Source: Octopus sinensis
Taxonomy: Eukaryota
Assembly (NCBI RefSeq): GCF_006345805.1
Contig: NC_042998.1
Span: 24,924,001 to 24,988,000, forward strand
DNA: 64,000 bases
Direction: 5' to 3'
In this document: positions 1-13,725 of the stretch, piece by piece
Numbering within the stretch: the stretch's first letter is position 1
Layout of the letters: every line of letters begins with the position of its first letter
The notes under the pieces: model-generated
What the model was told of the DNA's origin: nothing
Database searches by the model: none
What the model saw: only the letters and a program-made list of their open reading frames with translations
Position numbers and translations under genes: made by a program

Positions 1-109
1 ATTTTTTAATGTCAGAAGCCAGTTTTAATTAAAAGCAGATAATTAAATACACCATAATAAAACTATATTCACACACCAATGAATATTTTAACAAAGCATT
101 TTATCAGGT

Positions 110-549
<440 letters not shown>

Positions 550-890
550 CATCATCATCATCATTGTCGTCATCATCGTCACTGCCAGTATAGCACACTA
601 TCAAAATAACCGTCATTATTTTTCCCACCGTCATTACCATCGTCAGCTGCATCGCTAATGCCACTGACATCATCTACCGTCATTATTTTAATGATCATTA
701 TTAGCATCAATGCCATTATTAGCCATTATATTGTTAACAACCATTATCATTCTTATCAATAACTGGTTCCAACAAATATATTTTTTATATAGGTCAGCTA
801 CGTGCATCGAGATTTCTTTTATTACAACTTTTTAAAAATGATTCAGTATTTCAGGTTATACTTATTTATTATTTAATTCATCAAATTTAT
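550..890. repeat. Copy 1 of a ~340-bp near-identical direct duplication (copy 2 at ~1309-1650)
   Basis: catcatcattgtcgtcatcatcgtcactgccagtatagc...attcatcaaattt recurs 759 nt downstream; the only difference I saw is a 1-nt homopolymer indel. Confidence 0.95.
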
Positions 891-964
891 ATATATATAT
901 ATACATATATATGTATATATGTATATATGTATATATATATATATAATATATATATATATTATAT

Positions 965-995
<31 letters not shown>

Positions 996-1308
996 AAAAA
1001 ATATATAAATACTAAAAATGAAAATAAGAAGCAGGCATGAAGAATAATTACATTATTTTCCATCAAATGTTTTCAATTTTCATTTTACTGAGATGTCAAG
1101 GGCAACATAAAAAGTCAGATGCTAGTGTCTATCTATATAACATTTGTTGTCTGTGAAAGGAAAGGAAAAAGTAACGTGTCAAAAATATCATAACATTACA
1201 TTGGTTGTCTCTTGCTTGATTTCCTGCTTATTAAATTATTTATCATTTATAATTTATTGAATAAGTTGTCATCATCATCATCATCATCATCATCATCTTC
1301 ATCTTCAT

Positions 1309-1650
1309 CATCATCATCATCATTGTCGTCATCATCGTCACTGCCAGTATAGCACACTATCAAAATAACCGTCATTATTTTTCCCACCGTCATTACCATC
1401 GTCAGCTGCATCGCTAATGCCACTGACATCATCTACCGTCATTATTTTAATGATCATTATTAGCATCAATGCCATTATTAGCCATTATATTGTTAACAAC
1501 CATTATCATTCTTATCAATAACTGGTTCCAACAAATATATTTTTTATATAGGTCAGCTACGTGCATCGAGATTTCTTTTATTACAACTTTTTAAAAATGA
1601 TTCAGTATTTCAGGTTATACTTATTTATTATTTAAATTCATCAAATTTAT
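1309..1650. repeat. Copy 2 of the ~340-bp direct duplication
   Basis: See 550-890. Confidence 0.95.
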
Positions 1651-1671
1651 ATATATATATATCATCATCAT

Positions 1672-1808
1672 CATCATCATCATCATCATCGTTAACATTT
1701 GCTTTCCATGCTAGCATGGGTTGGACGATTTGACTGGGGACTGGCAAACCAGATTGCTGCACCAGGCTCCAATCTGATCTGGCAGAGTTTCTACAGCTGG
1801 ATGCCCTT

Positions 1809-1812
<4 letters not shown>
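1672..1812 (-). mobile_element. RTE LINE 3'-UTR fragment (family A) with (GAT)n tail
   Basis: Reverse complement matches 42656-42790 (aagggcatccagctgtagaaac...ccaacccatgctagcatggaaag...gatgatgat). Confidence 0.85.
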
Positions 1813-1863
<51 letters not shown>

Positions 1864-2203
1864 GCATATGTATTTTATAAGTATATGTCTGCATGTGTGT
1901 ATCTATATATATCTATATATATGTGTGTGTTTATGTGTGTATGTATATATATGTATGTGTAAATATATATATATTTATGTATGTGTATCTAGATGTATGT
2001 ATATTCATTTATGTATTCGTTTTACAAGACTCTTGATGTGAAATTGTGCATTGAGGTATATATTGTTGTAATTGGGGACGGTCATTTTGCCAATAACAGA
2101 CTCACTGTTTATTTGATCTTCACTTTAACTTTATTATTATTATTATTGGTTTACTTGTCAGAGTTCTTTCCTCACACATTTTGTGACCTCTTCAATTTCG
2201 CAG

Positions 2204-2286
2204 AAAGACAAGACCAGAGAGAAGAGAACACTAGAAAAACAGATAGTCATTGAAGATGTTACAGATTGTATAACAATACAACAAAG
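2204..2286 (+). CDS. Possible internal coding exon, unrecognised (KDKTREKRTLEKQIVIEDVTDCITIQQ)
   Basis: Acceptor ttcaatttcgcag, donor aaag|gtaag; non-repetitive; one open frame (phase 0 to 2). No homology recognised. Confidence 0.2.
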
Positions 2287-2664
2287 GTAAGATCAAACAA
2301 ACAGTGTAAAACTGGCAAAGCCACCATCCTGAATATATATATATATATAAGTGAGTTTGGAGGGATATATTGTCTGGAAGGATAACGTATTGGCTATCTG
2401 TTAAGTTCCAGTTAATGGATAACCACAAAGATCAGTATATGACATTTGTGACAACATTTAGTTGTTGGTCACTCCATGAATTCTTCCAATGGGTAATATA
2501 CAGGTCAAACGGACTCATTTGCCACTAGAACATTATCTTAATAAACTAATAAGGAAGACAAAGCTCCCTATGGTTGCAGACATAGGTGTATCACTGGTAA
2601 ATATATATATATATATATAGATATATAGATAGATAGATAGATATAGATATATAGATATATATAT

Positions 2665-2810
2665 ATTATATACATATTAGAGGTAAACCACTCTGTGGAC
2701 ACCCTTATGCTAGAAATAGATCCACTATGGTCTTACCACTAAGACCATAGTGGATCTATTTCTAGAATAAGGGTGTCCACATAGTGGTTTCCCTCTAATA
2801 TGTATATAAT
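2665..2810. repeat. Near-perfect foldback palindrome (71-bp arms, 4-nt loop)
   Basis: Arms 2665-2735 and 2740-2810 are reverse complements with 3 mismatches; loop ccac. Confidence 0.95.
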
Positions 2811-2909
2811 ACAATTTTACTGAACCTTCAATTTTTTATATGCTAGACCACTGGTGTGAAATCGATGTTAATTGAATTAATATCTTATTTCTCACCCTCA
2901 TTTTAAATC

Positions 2910-2948
<39 letters not shown>

Positions 2949-3044
2949 TATACATGTGTGTATGAAATTTGACTAGTGACTGCTGCTGCTGCCATCTGTA
3001 GTTGTTTTTATTTTAAGAGAGAAATATATATATACACATACACA

Positions 3045-3079
<35 letters not shown>

Positions 3080-3574
3080 ATATATACATATATGCATATA
3101 TACATACACCACCTAGAATTTAATTCTATGGTATCTAGAATGAGGTCGGTTTTACATTTTTAGACATTGGTTATAACATTCCTTCTGATATGATCTGGAA
3201 AAGCAGATCATTTCAATTGCAGTTGCATTGTAGAAGGTTGATATTAAAAACTGATAAAGACAAAACTCATTTACTTCATGCATCAATCTCACATTTTTTT
3301 AAGGAACATCAACTCTAATTTCTCCTCTTCCTTCTCTTAATGCCTTTCTATCGTCTACACCTGTTTCGGTCTTCTTTTTCCCTTTTGAAAATTAGGATCA
3401 AAAAGGTTTTCTGAGAAGCTGCCATTGCCCAGAAGTTAGCTAAATTTACTTTCTTACATTATTTATTTACAACTCATTCTGAAGTCTGTAGAATCATACA
3501 AATATGAAGATATGTCCTTGAAGCTATCTATATAAATTTTGATATAATTCATTATCCCTAAACATATTAACGAG

Positions 3575-3806
3575 TAGACGTGTATCAATATATATATTTA
3601 TATATATAAACATATACACATACATATATATATACATACATATATATATATATACATCTATATATATATATATATATACACACACATATATATTATGGAT
3701 ATACATACATATGTACATATATATATATATACATATACACATATATATATATACATGCATATATATATACATGTATATATATATATCTATATATCTATAT
3801 ATATAC

Positions 3807-3846
<40 letters not shown>

Positions 3847-3990
3847 ATATATATGCATGTATATATATATGCATGTATTATATATATTATATATTATATA
3901 TACAAATATATATTATGGATATACATACGTACATATATATATCATATATATATATACATACATATATAAATATATATATGTGTGAATGTA
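3575..3990. repeat. Interrupted (TA)n microsatellite
   Basis: Direct reading. Confidence 0.95.
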
Positions 3991-4052
3991 TTTTTGTATG
4001 TATATCTTTTACATCTCTCTCTCTCTCTCTTTATCTCTGTCTCTCCCTCTGC

Positions 4053-4085
<33 letters not shown>

Positions 4086-4699
4086 TATGAGAGAGAGAGA
4101 AGGAAGAATACAGATAGGGAAAAAAATTAAAAAATATCTATTCATATATGGGCATGCATCATATTCATGTACATATTTTTATATAGGTGCACATGTATAT
4201 GTATATGCACACATGTATGCATATGCCTGCATGTGTGAGTGTGCATGTGTATGCAATCTAATGGCAGTTAGAATAGGAACATATCTTTGCATATTTATCA
4301 TCAAATAAGCGAATATATGCTGGTGCCTGTTTATATGCTTATGTGCCGTTAGAAAGTATCATCCGCATACACACATAACGGTACATATGAGTATGTTCGT
4401 GCAAACAAGCTTTATGTATAGGTTTATACAAATACTTACAAATAAATATTCTACCATGCATATACATTCATATACACACACTCCCTTGCATATCAGATAA
4501 AATATATTAATGCAATCATACGTAATATACATCCAATTAAAATTGCTTTCAACCAAAATATATGGTCTGTAAGAGATATTATATATAGAAAAATGATTTT
4601 TTCTTGAAATACACACAAACACTCACACACATATGATATATTATGTATATAGATATATTTACATATAATATATAACGTATATATAATATATATATCTAT

Positions 4700-4748
<49 letters not shown>

Positions 4749-5175
4749 TAATGTATATATGTGTAGAATGTATACATATATATATACACACACATACACA
4801 AACACGTGCACACATACACACCCATATGCATATTGATAATGTAAAATGAAGAATACTAAAATATAAACCAGGTGGAGATATACTAGAGAACTATTCCAAG
4901 AAGGTTGTATATACAAGTTAGGGTATGCAAAGAAGAATGAAGAATGTGTGTGTATGTGTGTGCGTATGTGTGTGTGCGTGTGTGTGTGTGTATATATAAA
5001 GATACACACACACGTATACACTTATACAAATGTAAGTAAACTATGTAAAGTATGATTAAAAATGTTTACATATGTGTGCATATATATATATATACATATA
5101 TATATGCATGTATATGTATGTATGTATATATATATATGTATATATATATATGTGCATGTGTGTGTGTGTGTGTGT

Positions 5176-5221
<46 letters not shown>

Positions 5222-6468
5222 GTGTTTGTATATAAATGTATATATTTTATGTGTGTTTGCATGAATACGTACATGCATACATACACATATATACATATAT
5301 ATGTATGTATTTTTTATACACACACACATATACATACATATATGTGTGTGTATGATACGTATGTGTTGCATATGTATGTATTTGTATGTATACTGAGAAA
5401 GATAGAGAAGCATGAGGAAAGGAAGAAAAGACAATTTGTGATACAAAGGAGGGTGGAAATGGGAATTTTCAGTGCCTGAAAGAAGCTAGTGTGTGCGTGT
5501 GTTTGCACGTGCTGAGTTAAATGTTGTCTTAGGAAGTGGAAGAGAAATTGAGAAAGACTAGGTGGGAGTGAGCATGAGATATTTAATGACTGACAGAAGT
5601 GCTGTATGTGTGTACGATGGTGTGTGCATGCATGTGTATGTGTGTGTGTGTATGTATGGTGTAATATTGTGTGCCTGTGTATACATATATGTACATGTGT
5701 GTTCATACGTGCATTTTCATGCAGATGCGTGTGTGAATGTTGTGTCACAGAAACAAAAAAATGTGTGTGTGTGTGTGTGTATACAAATAATCAGAAAATG
5801 GTGAAAACCTCAGATTAACAAACACATTGATTGGACCACATTTATAGCTTATTTTTTAATACAAAGCATGACATAACAAAATAGGTATATATATATATAT
5901 ATACACAAACATACATAGATACATACACACACACACACCACACACACACACACCTATATATATATAGATATATATATATATATATATATGTATGTATATA
6001 TATATATATATGTATATGTATATGTATATATATGTATGTATATACGTATCTATGTATGTATGTATGTATGTATGTATGTATGTATGCATGGGTCGATGGA
6101 TGGATGGATGGATGGGTGGATGGATAGACAACTTGATAGACAGACAGGCAGAGTGGAAGAACAAACAGGGGAGGAAAGAGGGAAAGAGAGACAAAGTTGT
6201 AAAGGAAAATAATGAAATATGCTTTTGCATGTATTTCCTTGTGTGTGTGTGTACTCGTGCATGCAGGTGAGTGAATAAATGTGTCTCAGAAAGAAGATAG
6301 ATAGGTAGATGGATAGATAGATGGTGATGGTGGGAGTGAATAATATTAGTTTTGTGTGTGTGTGTGTGTGTGTATCAGTGTCGTTGTATGTGAGTGAACA
6401 CTATTAGAATAGTGAGTAAAAAGATTCATCATCTCCGAATGACTGATACTTCCAAGCATGAGTATACT

Positions 6469-6518
<50 letters not shown>

Positions 6519-6519
6519 G

Positions 6520-6558
<39 letters not shown>

Positions 6559-6670
6559 TGTGTCTGTGTGTGTATAAATGAGTGAAAATTTAACAAACAG
6601 AAGTTGGCATACATTCCTGTACTTTAGAAGACAAAAAAGAAAGAGTAGAAAAACGAAGAAAGATAGACTG

Positions 6671-6714
<44 letters not shown>

Positions 6715-6965
6715 GATAAATAAACTTTAGCACTGCCATTTGATTTCTGTATCACCTTCTAAAGAGGAAGATAAATATAGAGTGAGGAGGGAAAGAAAGG
6801 GGAGAGAGGAGAAAATTCATTCAAAGTAATAAATGTAGTTATGAGAAATAAACTGTATTAAGTCTGAGAAAGATGAAAAATAAGGAGAAAGCTGTGCTTA
6901 TGTGTTTTTATGTCAATAGTTCAGAAAAAGGATAAGTTAATGTAAAAATAGAATAAAATAAAAAT

Positions 6966-7300
6966 CATCATCATCATCATCATCGTTTAACGTCCGTTCT
7001 CCATGCTAGCATGGGTTGGACGGTTCGACCGGGGATCTGGGAAGCCAGAAGGCTGCACAAGGCTCCGGTCCCATCTGGCAATGTTTCTACAGCTGGATGC
7101 CCTTCCTAACGCCAACCACTCCGTGAGTGTAGTGGGTGCTTTTTACGTACCACCTGCACTGGTGCCAGGCGAGGCTGGTATCGGCCACGGTCGGATTGGT
7201 GCATTTTACGTGCCACCTGCACAGAAGCCAGTCGAGGCGGCACTGGCTTCGGCCACGATTCAGATTTTTACATGCCAATGAAATAAAGGTGTTCATTGCA
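6966..7300 (-). mobile_element. RTE 3'-UTR fragment (family A)
   Basis: (CAT)n followed by cgtttaacgtccgttctccatgctagcatggg..., antisense to 42600-42790. Confidence 0.9.
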
Positions 7301-7329
7301 TAGAGGAAGGAGGTTTGCCAGTGCTGAGC

Positions 7330-7816
7330 TGATGTCAGTACTGCCTGATTGGCACCCATGCTGGTGGCATATAAAATGCGCCATTTGAGCATGGCTGATG
7401 CCAGTGCCATCTGACTGTCTCCTGTGCCAGTGACATATAAAAAGCACCCACTACATTCTCGGAGTGGTTGGCATTAGGAAGGGCATCCAGCTGTAGAAAC
7501 CTTGTCAGATCAGGCTTGCCAGTTCGCTGTCAAACCTATTTCTTTACTACCCACAAGGGGCTAAACACAGAGGAGACAAACAAGGGCAGACTGGTACCAG
7601 TGCATAACTGGTACTTAATTTATCGACCCCGAAAGGATGAAAGGCAAAGTCAACCTTGGCAGAATTTGAACTCAGAACGTAACAGCAGATGAAATACAGC
7701 TATGCATTTCGCCCGGTGTGCTAATGTTTCTGCCAGCTCGCGCCTTCTCTGTCAAACCGTCCGACCCATGCCAGCATGAAACATGGATGTTAAACAACGA
7801 TGATGATGATGATGAT
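7330..7816 (+). mobile_element. Family A copy interrupted by a family C SINE
   Basis: Body gagtggttggcattaggaagggcatcc (7460-7515) resumes as gtcaaaccgtccgacccatgccagcatg...gatgatgat (7750-7816) after the insert. Confidence 0.8.
7524..7745 (-). mobile_element. tRNA-headed SINE, family C
   Basis: Antisense to 51930-52150: gagctggcagaaacattagcac...gagttcaaattc...tttgcctttcatcctttcggggtcgataaattaagtacc. Confidence 0.85.
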
Positions 7817-7845
7817 GTATGCATATGCACGTGTATATACATATA

Positions 7846-8552
7846 AGCAGCAAAGTTGACATGGCCCACAGAATGTGTTCCTGGATTCTCAGAACCTTCC
7901 AGTCGAGAGATTCCCACGCTATTATCTTTCTCTTCTCCACTTTTGCCCGACCCCACCTTGAATACTGCTGTCCACTGTGGTTCTCCCTACACAAAACAAA
8001 AATATTATGAGAATTGAAGCTCCCCAAAGGTCAAACACAAAAAGATAGATGGCATGTCAGACCTTGACTACTGGGGTAGACTAGAGAAGGAAATTGTATT
8101 CACTCCAACGACGCCGTGAACGCTACATTATCTGTATGATGTGGAAAATATTCCATCAGCACTGTCCGAATGATGTTGGCATCACCTTCAAAATACATCC
8201 AAGGCTTGGACCACGTGCCATCCGTCCACAACAAAAATCTAAATCGCATCACATAACGACAATACGGCACAACTATTTCACCTTAATTGGACCCGCTCTC
8301 TTCAACATTACACTAGGACACGTCAAAAAAGAAACTGACCACACAAAATTCAAGAAGTCTTTGGACAAATTCCTTCAAACAGTACCGGACAAACCACCCA
8401 CACCCAGATATGTCTCCGCAAACAATAACTCTCTGCTCGAATGGGCCTAGGTGCCCAAATCCTGAACTGAAAGACTTCGCCAGGTGGTGCTATTAAGTTA
8501 GACATGGCCTGGGCCAATACTGGCCAAAACCTTTCTAAGTTATTCTAAGTTA
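7846..8552 (+). mobile_element. CR1-type LINE 3' end (ORF2 C-terminus, frameshifted) with short tandem-repeat tail
   Basis: Translates to ILRTFQSRD...RPHLEYCCPLW, LYSLQRRRERYIIC and FKKSLDKFLQTVPDKP, typical of CR1-group ORF2 C-termini; ends in (ttctaagt) repeats. Confidence 0.85.
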
Positions 8553-9273
8553 CCAGTTTATGTGTATATGTATGTATGTTTTTTTCTTATTTTTCACCCT
8601 TTCTGGATTCTTCTCTTCTCTCTCTCACTCCTCCTCCTCCTCCTCCTCTCTCTCTCTCTCACTCCTCCTCCTCTCTCTCGTCGCTGACCGGAGGGCTACT
8701 AACTTTCTTTCTGCCCACTGCTTTCAACAAGTCAACATTGGCTTTTTTCTGTCTTCCGCAAGCCGATCTTCAGAATGCGTTCTTACGAATTTTTCCACCG
8801 TCTAGGCTTAAAAAAAGCCCTTATTGTTGGTTTCCTTGTCCTGTCTTTTACTGTTTTTATCTTTATTTGTACTGTTTTTTTCTTCATTTGTATTGCTTTT
8901 ACGTCCTGTTCTTGTCACTTTTTTTACCCCTCCTCAAAAAAATTTTATCTAATTCATTTTGCGGGAAGGACTGCTTCGGCGTGGTCGTGTTCTGCTCTTA
9001 CCTTCAAAACACACATTGAGTCGAAACAGGGGCAGCTGAAGAAGGGGAATGTTCCTTGTGTTGTTTGTCTTGTACTCTGTTTTTTCGTTGTTAAAACAAA
9101 GTCTGTTTCCTTGTTTGGTTTTATGTTTTCGTTTCTCATTGTGTTCTACATTTATTTGTGGCGTCCTGTACTCATATATGCATGCATATATACATATAGA
9201 TGTAGGTATGTACATATATGTATGTGTGTATGTATGCATATGTTTTATTTATTAAATTGTTATATATATACAC

Positions 9274-9313
<40 letters not shown>

Positions 9314-9315
<2 letters not shown>

Positions 9316-9555
9316 CACACACATACACACATGCATACAAGCATTCACACATACACACACACACACACAATAGAGCTCATCATAAAGTTAGTCACATATT
9401 CTGGTAATTCAGAAATGTGTATGTCTATGTATAATCTATGAGTAATCTAATGCCAATAAGTATATGAACATATCTTTACATATTTATCTTAAAATAAGCA
9501 AATATGTGCTTGTGCCTGCACATATGTATATATGAATACATACATAAATACATAC

Positions 9556-9613
<58 letters not shown>

Positions 9614-9859
9614 TGATATATATATATATATATACACACACATACACACATGCATACAAGCATTCACACATACACACACACACACAATAGAGCTCATCAT
9701 AAAGTTAGTCACATATTCTGGTAATTCAGAAATGTATGTCTATGTATAATCTATGAGTAATCTAATGCCAATAAGTATATGAACATATCTTTACATATTA
9801 TCTTAAAATAAGCAATATGTGCTTGTGCCTGCACATATGTATATATGAATACATACATA

Positions 9860-9885
<26 letters not shown>
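9314..9885. repeat. Tandem duplication of a ~255-bp segment, units separated by (TA)n
   Basis: 9314-9570 vs 9634-9885 near-identical; differences are mostly 1-nt indels (atttatc/attatc, gcaaat/gcaat). Confidence 0.9.
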
Positions 9886-9952
<67 letters not shown>

Positions 9953-9987
9953 ATATATGTAATATATATATACACATACATATATAT

Positions 9988-10027
<40 letters not shown>

Positions 10028-10575
10028 TATATGTATGTATATAATTATATATATATATATACATACACATACTTACATTGCTCAATTAGTTAAAGTGTAT
10101 ATATAATATAACTATAAAATCATCCTTCACATGTTATCTCATGAGATGGCTTATTATCAGTTAAAAACAAGGAATATTTCATAATGTTTGGTCTCAGGAT
10201 AATATAATAAGCCATATTTAAATAACAGTCATCAAAAGACAAAGATATTCTCCTCAGAGAATTAAAAATAATTAGGACAGATATTAAAGTGATAATGTAC
10301 TTATGTGTTATGTAGATTTAAGGAGCAAAGATAATGATGATGTTCAGTCTTCATTAAATGTTATAATGTAGATATATACATGAAGGCATGTGGCTCAGTG
10401 GGCAAGGATGTTTGGTTTACAGTTTTGAGGTAATGAGTTCAATCCTTGAGTAAGACACTTTATTTTGCATTGCTCCACTCCGCTCAGCTAGTGCAGATGA
10501 GTTGGAGTGGAGCAACCTGGAGAGCAACCTGGAGAGCTGAAAGGTATAAACTTGACCCCAGATAATTGTAAATAT

Positions 10576-10725
10576 CATCATCATCATCATCATCATCATC
10601 TCATCATCGTTTAACGTCTGCTTTCCATGCTAGCATGGGTTGGACGGTTCAACTGGGGTCTGGGAAGCCAGAAGGCTGCACCAGGCCCAGTCTGATCTGG
10701 CAGTGTTTCTACAGCTGGATGCCAT
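10576..10725 (-). mobile_element. Family A fragment
   Basis: (CAT)n + cgtttaacgtctgctttccatgctagc. Confidence 0.85.
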
Positions 10726-10777
10726 AGATTGGTAAATATAAATTATATACATTGGATAATAATTTAATTCATTCTTC

Positions 10778-11664
10778 TCAGATTTGGGCCTCACAGAGGC
10801 AATAACAAGCAACTGAGACCTTTGGAGATATGCCATGCTTGAGAAGACCCATCAGGACAAGTGAGATTGTAGTCGTGGCCCCATTAAAAGCACCCTTTAA
10901 TCATTAGGTGATATACTGTGCTTGTGAAGACCTGTAAAACAGAATGAAATTGTAGATGTGGCTGATGCCAATGCTGTCTGACTGACACCCATGCAGGTGG
11001 TGTGTAAAAAGCACTGTTCAAGTATTAGGCCTCCTGGTGGCAATGACAGGTGACCAAGACCTTTGGCGATATACCGGGCTTGTGTAAACCTGTTAAGCCA
11101 AGTGAGACTCTAGTCATGGCCGATGCCGGTGTCAGGTCATTGGCACCTTTGCTGATGGCATGTAAGGAACACTCACTACATTCTTGGAGTGATTGGCATT
11201 AGGAAGGGCATTCAGCCATATAAACCTTGCCAAATCAGATCAGAACTTAATGCAGCACCCTGGCTGACCAGTTTTCAGTCAAACCATACAACCCATGCCA
11301 GCATGGAAAGCAGACGTTAATCGAAATCAATCAACATCAATGGAAATTGTAGCTGTGATACCAGTGCCGGTGGCACATAAGAGAACCATCCCAACATGGC
11401 TGTTGCCAGTGCCGCCCCAACTGGCCCCCATGCCAGTGGCACGTAAAAAGCACCATCCGACTGTGGCTGTTGCCAGCCTTGTCAGGCACCTGTGCAGGTG
11501 GCACGTAAAAAGCACCCACTACACTCACAGAGTGGTTGGCGTTAGGAAGGGCATCCAGCTGTAGAAACACTGCCAGATCAGACTGGGCCTGGCGCAGCCT
11601 ACTGGCTCCCCAGACCTCAGTTGAACCGTCCAACCCATGCTAGCATGGAAAACGGACGTTAAAC

Positions 11665-11695
<31 letters not shown>
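10778..11695 (+). mobile_element. Compound RTE 3' end: ORF C-terminus, diverged internal repeats and two family A bodies
   Basis: 10778-10865 reads LGLTEAIT..DLWRYAMLEKTH, matching the RTE C-terminus at 42040-42110; ends in (GAT)n. Confidence 0.75.
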
Positions 11696-11696
<1 letters not shown>

Positions 11697-12099
11697 CTCT
11701 TAAAAAATCACTGCTTTATGCTTGGGTTTATTCATTATTACATATGACCCATGGCTAGTGAGATGAAGGCAAAATGTTCTTATTGAATATTTTCATTGAA
11801 TCTTTTGCCTGTTATGTTCTCCAAACACCAGAGAACTTAACAAAGTCACTATATCTTATATGCTTGGCAGCATTTTTTACTGACAGCATGCAACCATGTA
11901 AAATGTGAAAGTTTTGGCAACAAAGCACAACAGCAAAGAAGACAAATCTCTAGAGTACTAAAGAAAGAACCCCCACCACCAAAAAAAAAAGCAGAACAAA
12001 ACAAAACAAATTATGTGATGATTCCCAAGAAGGGAAATCATTGTATTAAATGAAGCAGACAATGGTTTACTTACATTCTATGATATTTCCAAGATAATT

Positions 12100-12762
12100 C
12101 CAAAAGCTGTCAGCCATATCTAATAAGCAATGAAATTTAAATTTTGCCTGAGGAATCTTTCGAGATCTTAACTGTCATGATACAGAATACATTTGAAGTT
12201 ACCAAAATCATTCTTTTGAGAAATTTCTCAGCATTGAAGTACCTCGACAAAAATGACTGAGAAATGTTAGGAAAACAACTAGTTTAGCAGTTGCATGAGA
12301 AGTACTTTGCCCTGCAAATCGGCGAATCTCTTCTAAGCAGTGTTGCATTAACCATTTAAACAAAATAAGCACATCTTTAGGATATCAAGTGAAGTGGGCA
12401 CCACTGAAAATGGTAAAGGATTTATAGCACAAAAGAAATCACTTCAAAGTTTCTAAAATAATTTTCGATATAGTTTACATTATTGACAATATAACTTCAA
12501 AGTGTCTGTGATGTCATATTGAGAATTTGATCAAAAACTTAGCAATAAAAAAAAGTAGGAGAAAACTTTTTGAATAGAGATACAGTGGAAGTATGCAAAA
12601 ATAAGCATCATTTCCCATTTTATTGTTAAATTTTTGTTCATTTTGAAAAATAAAATTTTGTTTTTACAGTTTGTTGTTGTTTATATTTTGAATTAAATAT
12701 AAATGGGGACAGCAAAGTCCTTTAAGTGCTTAGGGCCTCTATGGGTCTTTTATCCAGCCCTG
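12100..12762 (+). mobile_element. Possible degenerate hAT 3' end
   Basis: RNFSALKYL resembles the hAT dimerisation motif ERSFSxLK; ends tttatccagccctg, like hAT-type TIRs. No left TIR found. Confidence 0.3.
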
Positions 12763-12971
12763 GTTTTAAGAGATAACAAAGTTCTTCTAAAAGAGCATGT
12801 TAAGCTTTTAGATGATAATTAGGTTCAAGATGAAATATTTACTACAAGCATCAAAGCTGAAACAACTTATAAAAAAACTAAGAGTTATTTAAAAGAAAAT
12901 ATTATTTCATACAAAAATATATTGGTTTGTGCAACTAATAAACTAATAGCACTGTCTGTATACCTGTAGAT

Positions 12972-13433
12972 TTAACCCTTTCATTACCAACCTGGCTGAA
13001 ACCACCCCTGGCTCTGTAGTACAAATGTCTTCTTTTCAAAAGTTCTGAATTAAAATTTTCCACCAAACCTTAGTCATAATTTATGTTCCTAACACTAGCT
13101 TAATGATAACTAAGTTATTTTACTAAATTCTTTGTTATATTTAAAATTAATTGAAAGAAACAGCATCGCAACAGAAATATGGTAACAAAAGAATTAACAA
13201 ATCATTAATTTAACCCTTTTGATACCAACCCACCTGAAACTGCCTCTGGCTCAGTAGTACAAATATCTTGTTTTCATAAGTTTTGAATTAAAATCTTCCA
13301 CCAAACCTTAGTCACAATTTATGTTCCTAACACTAGCTTAATGATAACTAAGTTATTTTACTAAATTCTTTGTTATATTTTAAAATAATTGACAGAAACA
13401 CAGAGGATCTCAAAATAAAAACTAACAAAAGAG
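12972..13433 (+). mobile_element. Tandem dimer of a ~225-bp piggyBac-type MITE (family D)
   Basis: TTAA|CCCTTT starts at 12972 and 13210; right ends ggtaacaaaag(aa)ttaa; same body as 28682-29374. Confidence 0.85.
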
Positions 13434-13725
13434 TGGAGTCCATTTGTTATTTAAAAATACTGCGCTCGAGATAAACTGTAAGGCCTACCATTGACATTTG
13501 GTTGTAAAACAATTCGGTAGATGACTGTAAGATATATTTGTCATTGTAATAAAAGCTGTCAATTTCACAAAACCAAATGTAATTCAAGATTGTATTTTTT
13601 GGGACTTCATGACAAAAACAATAGGATTTTGAATAGTTGCTGCAGTGGTTATCAAAAAGTAATTGAGTAACTGACTTCGCCATTTTGTGGTAATATGAGG
13701 CTGTTTGTGTCATTCATGAATAGTA

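Noticed and set aside
1247-1432. [10 protein letters not shown]...poly-D ORF present twice
   Set aside because: It is (CAT)n read-through inside the duplicated segment, with no splice or homology support.
9015-9060. GAAAC...CUGAAGA as a permuted hammerhead
   Set aside because: No stem III or NUH cleavage triplet between the motifs and no GAAA after stem II.
8576-9407. 147-aa and 210-aa hydrophobic ORFs
   Set aside because: T-rich low-complexity repeat sequence (a related copy lies at ~23780-23980); no recognisable motifs.
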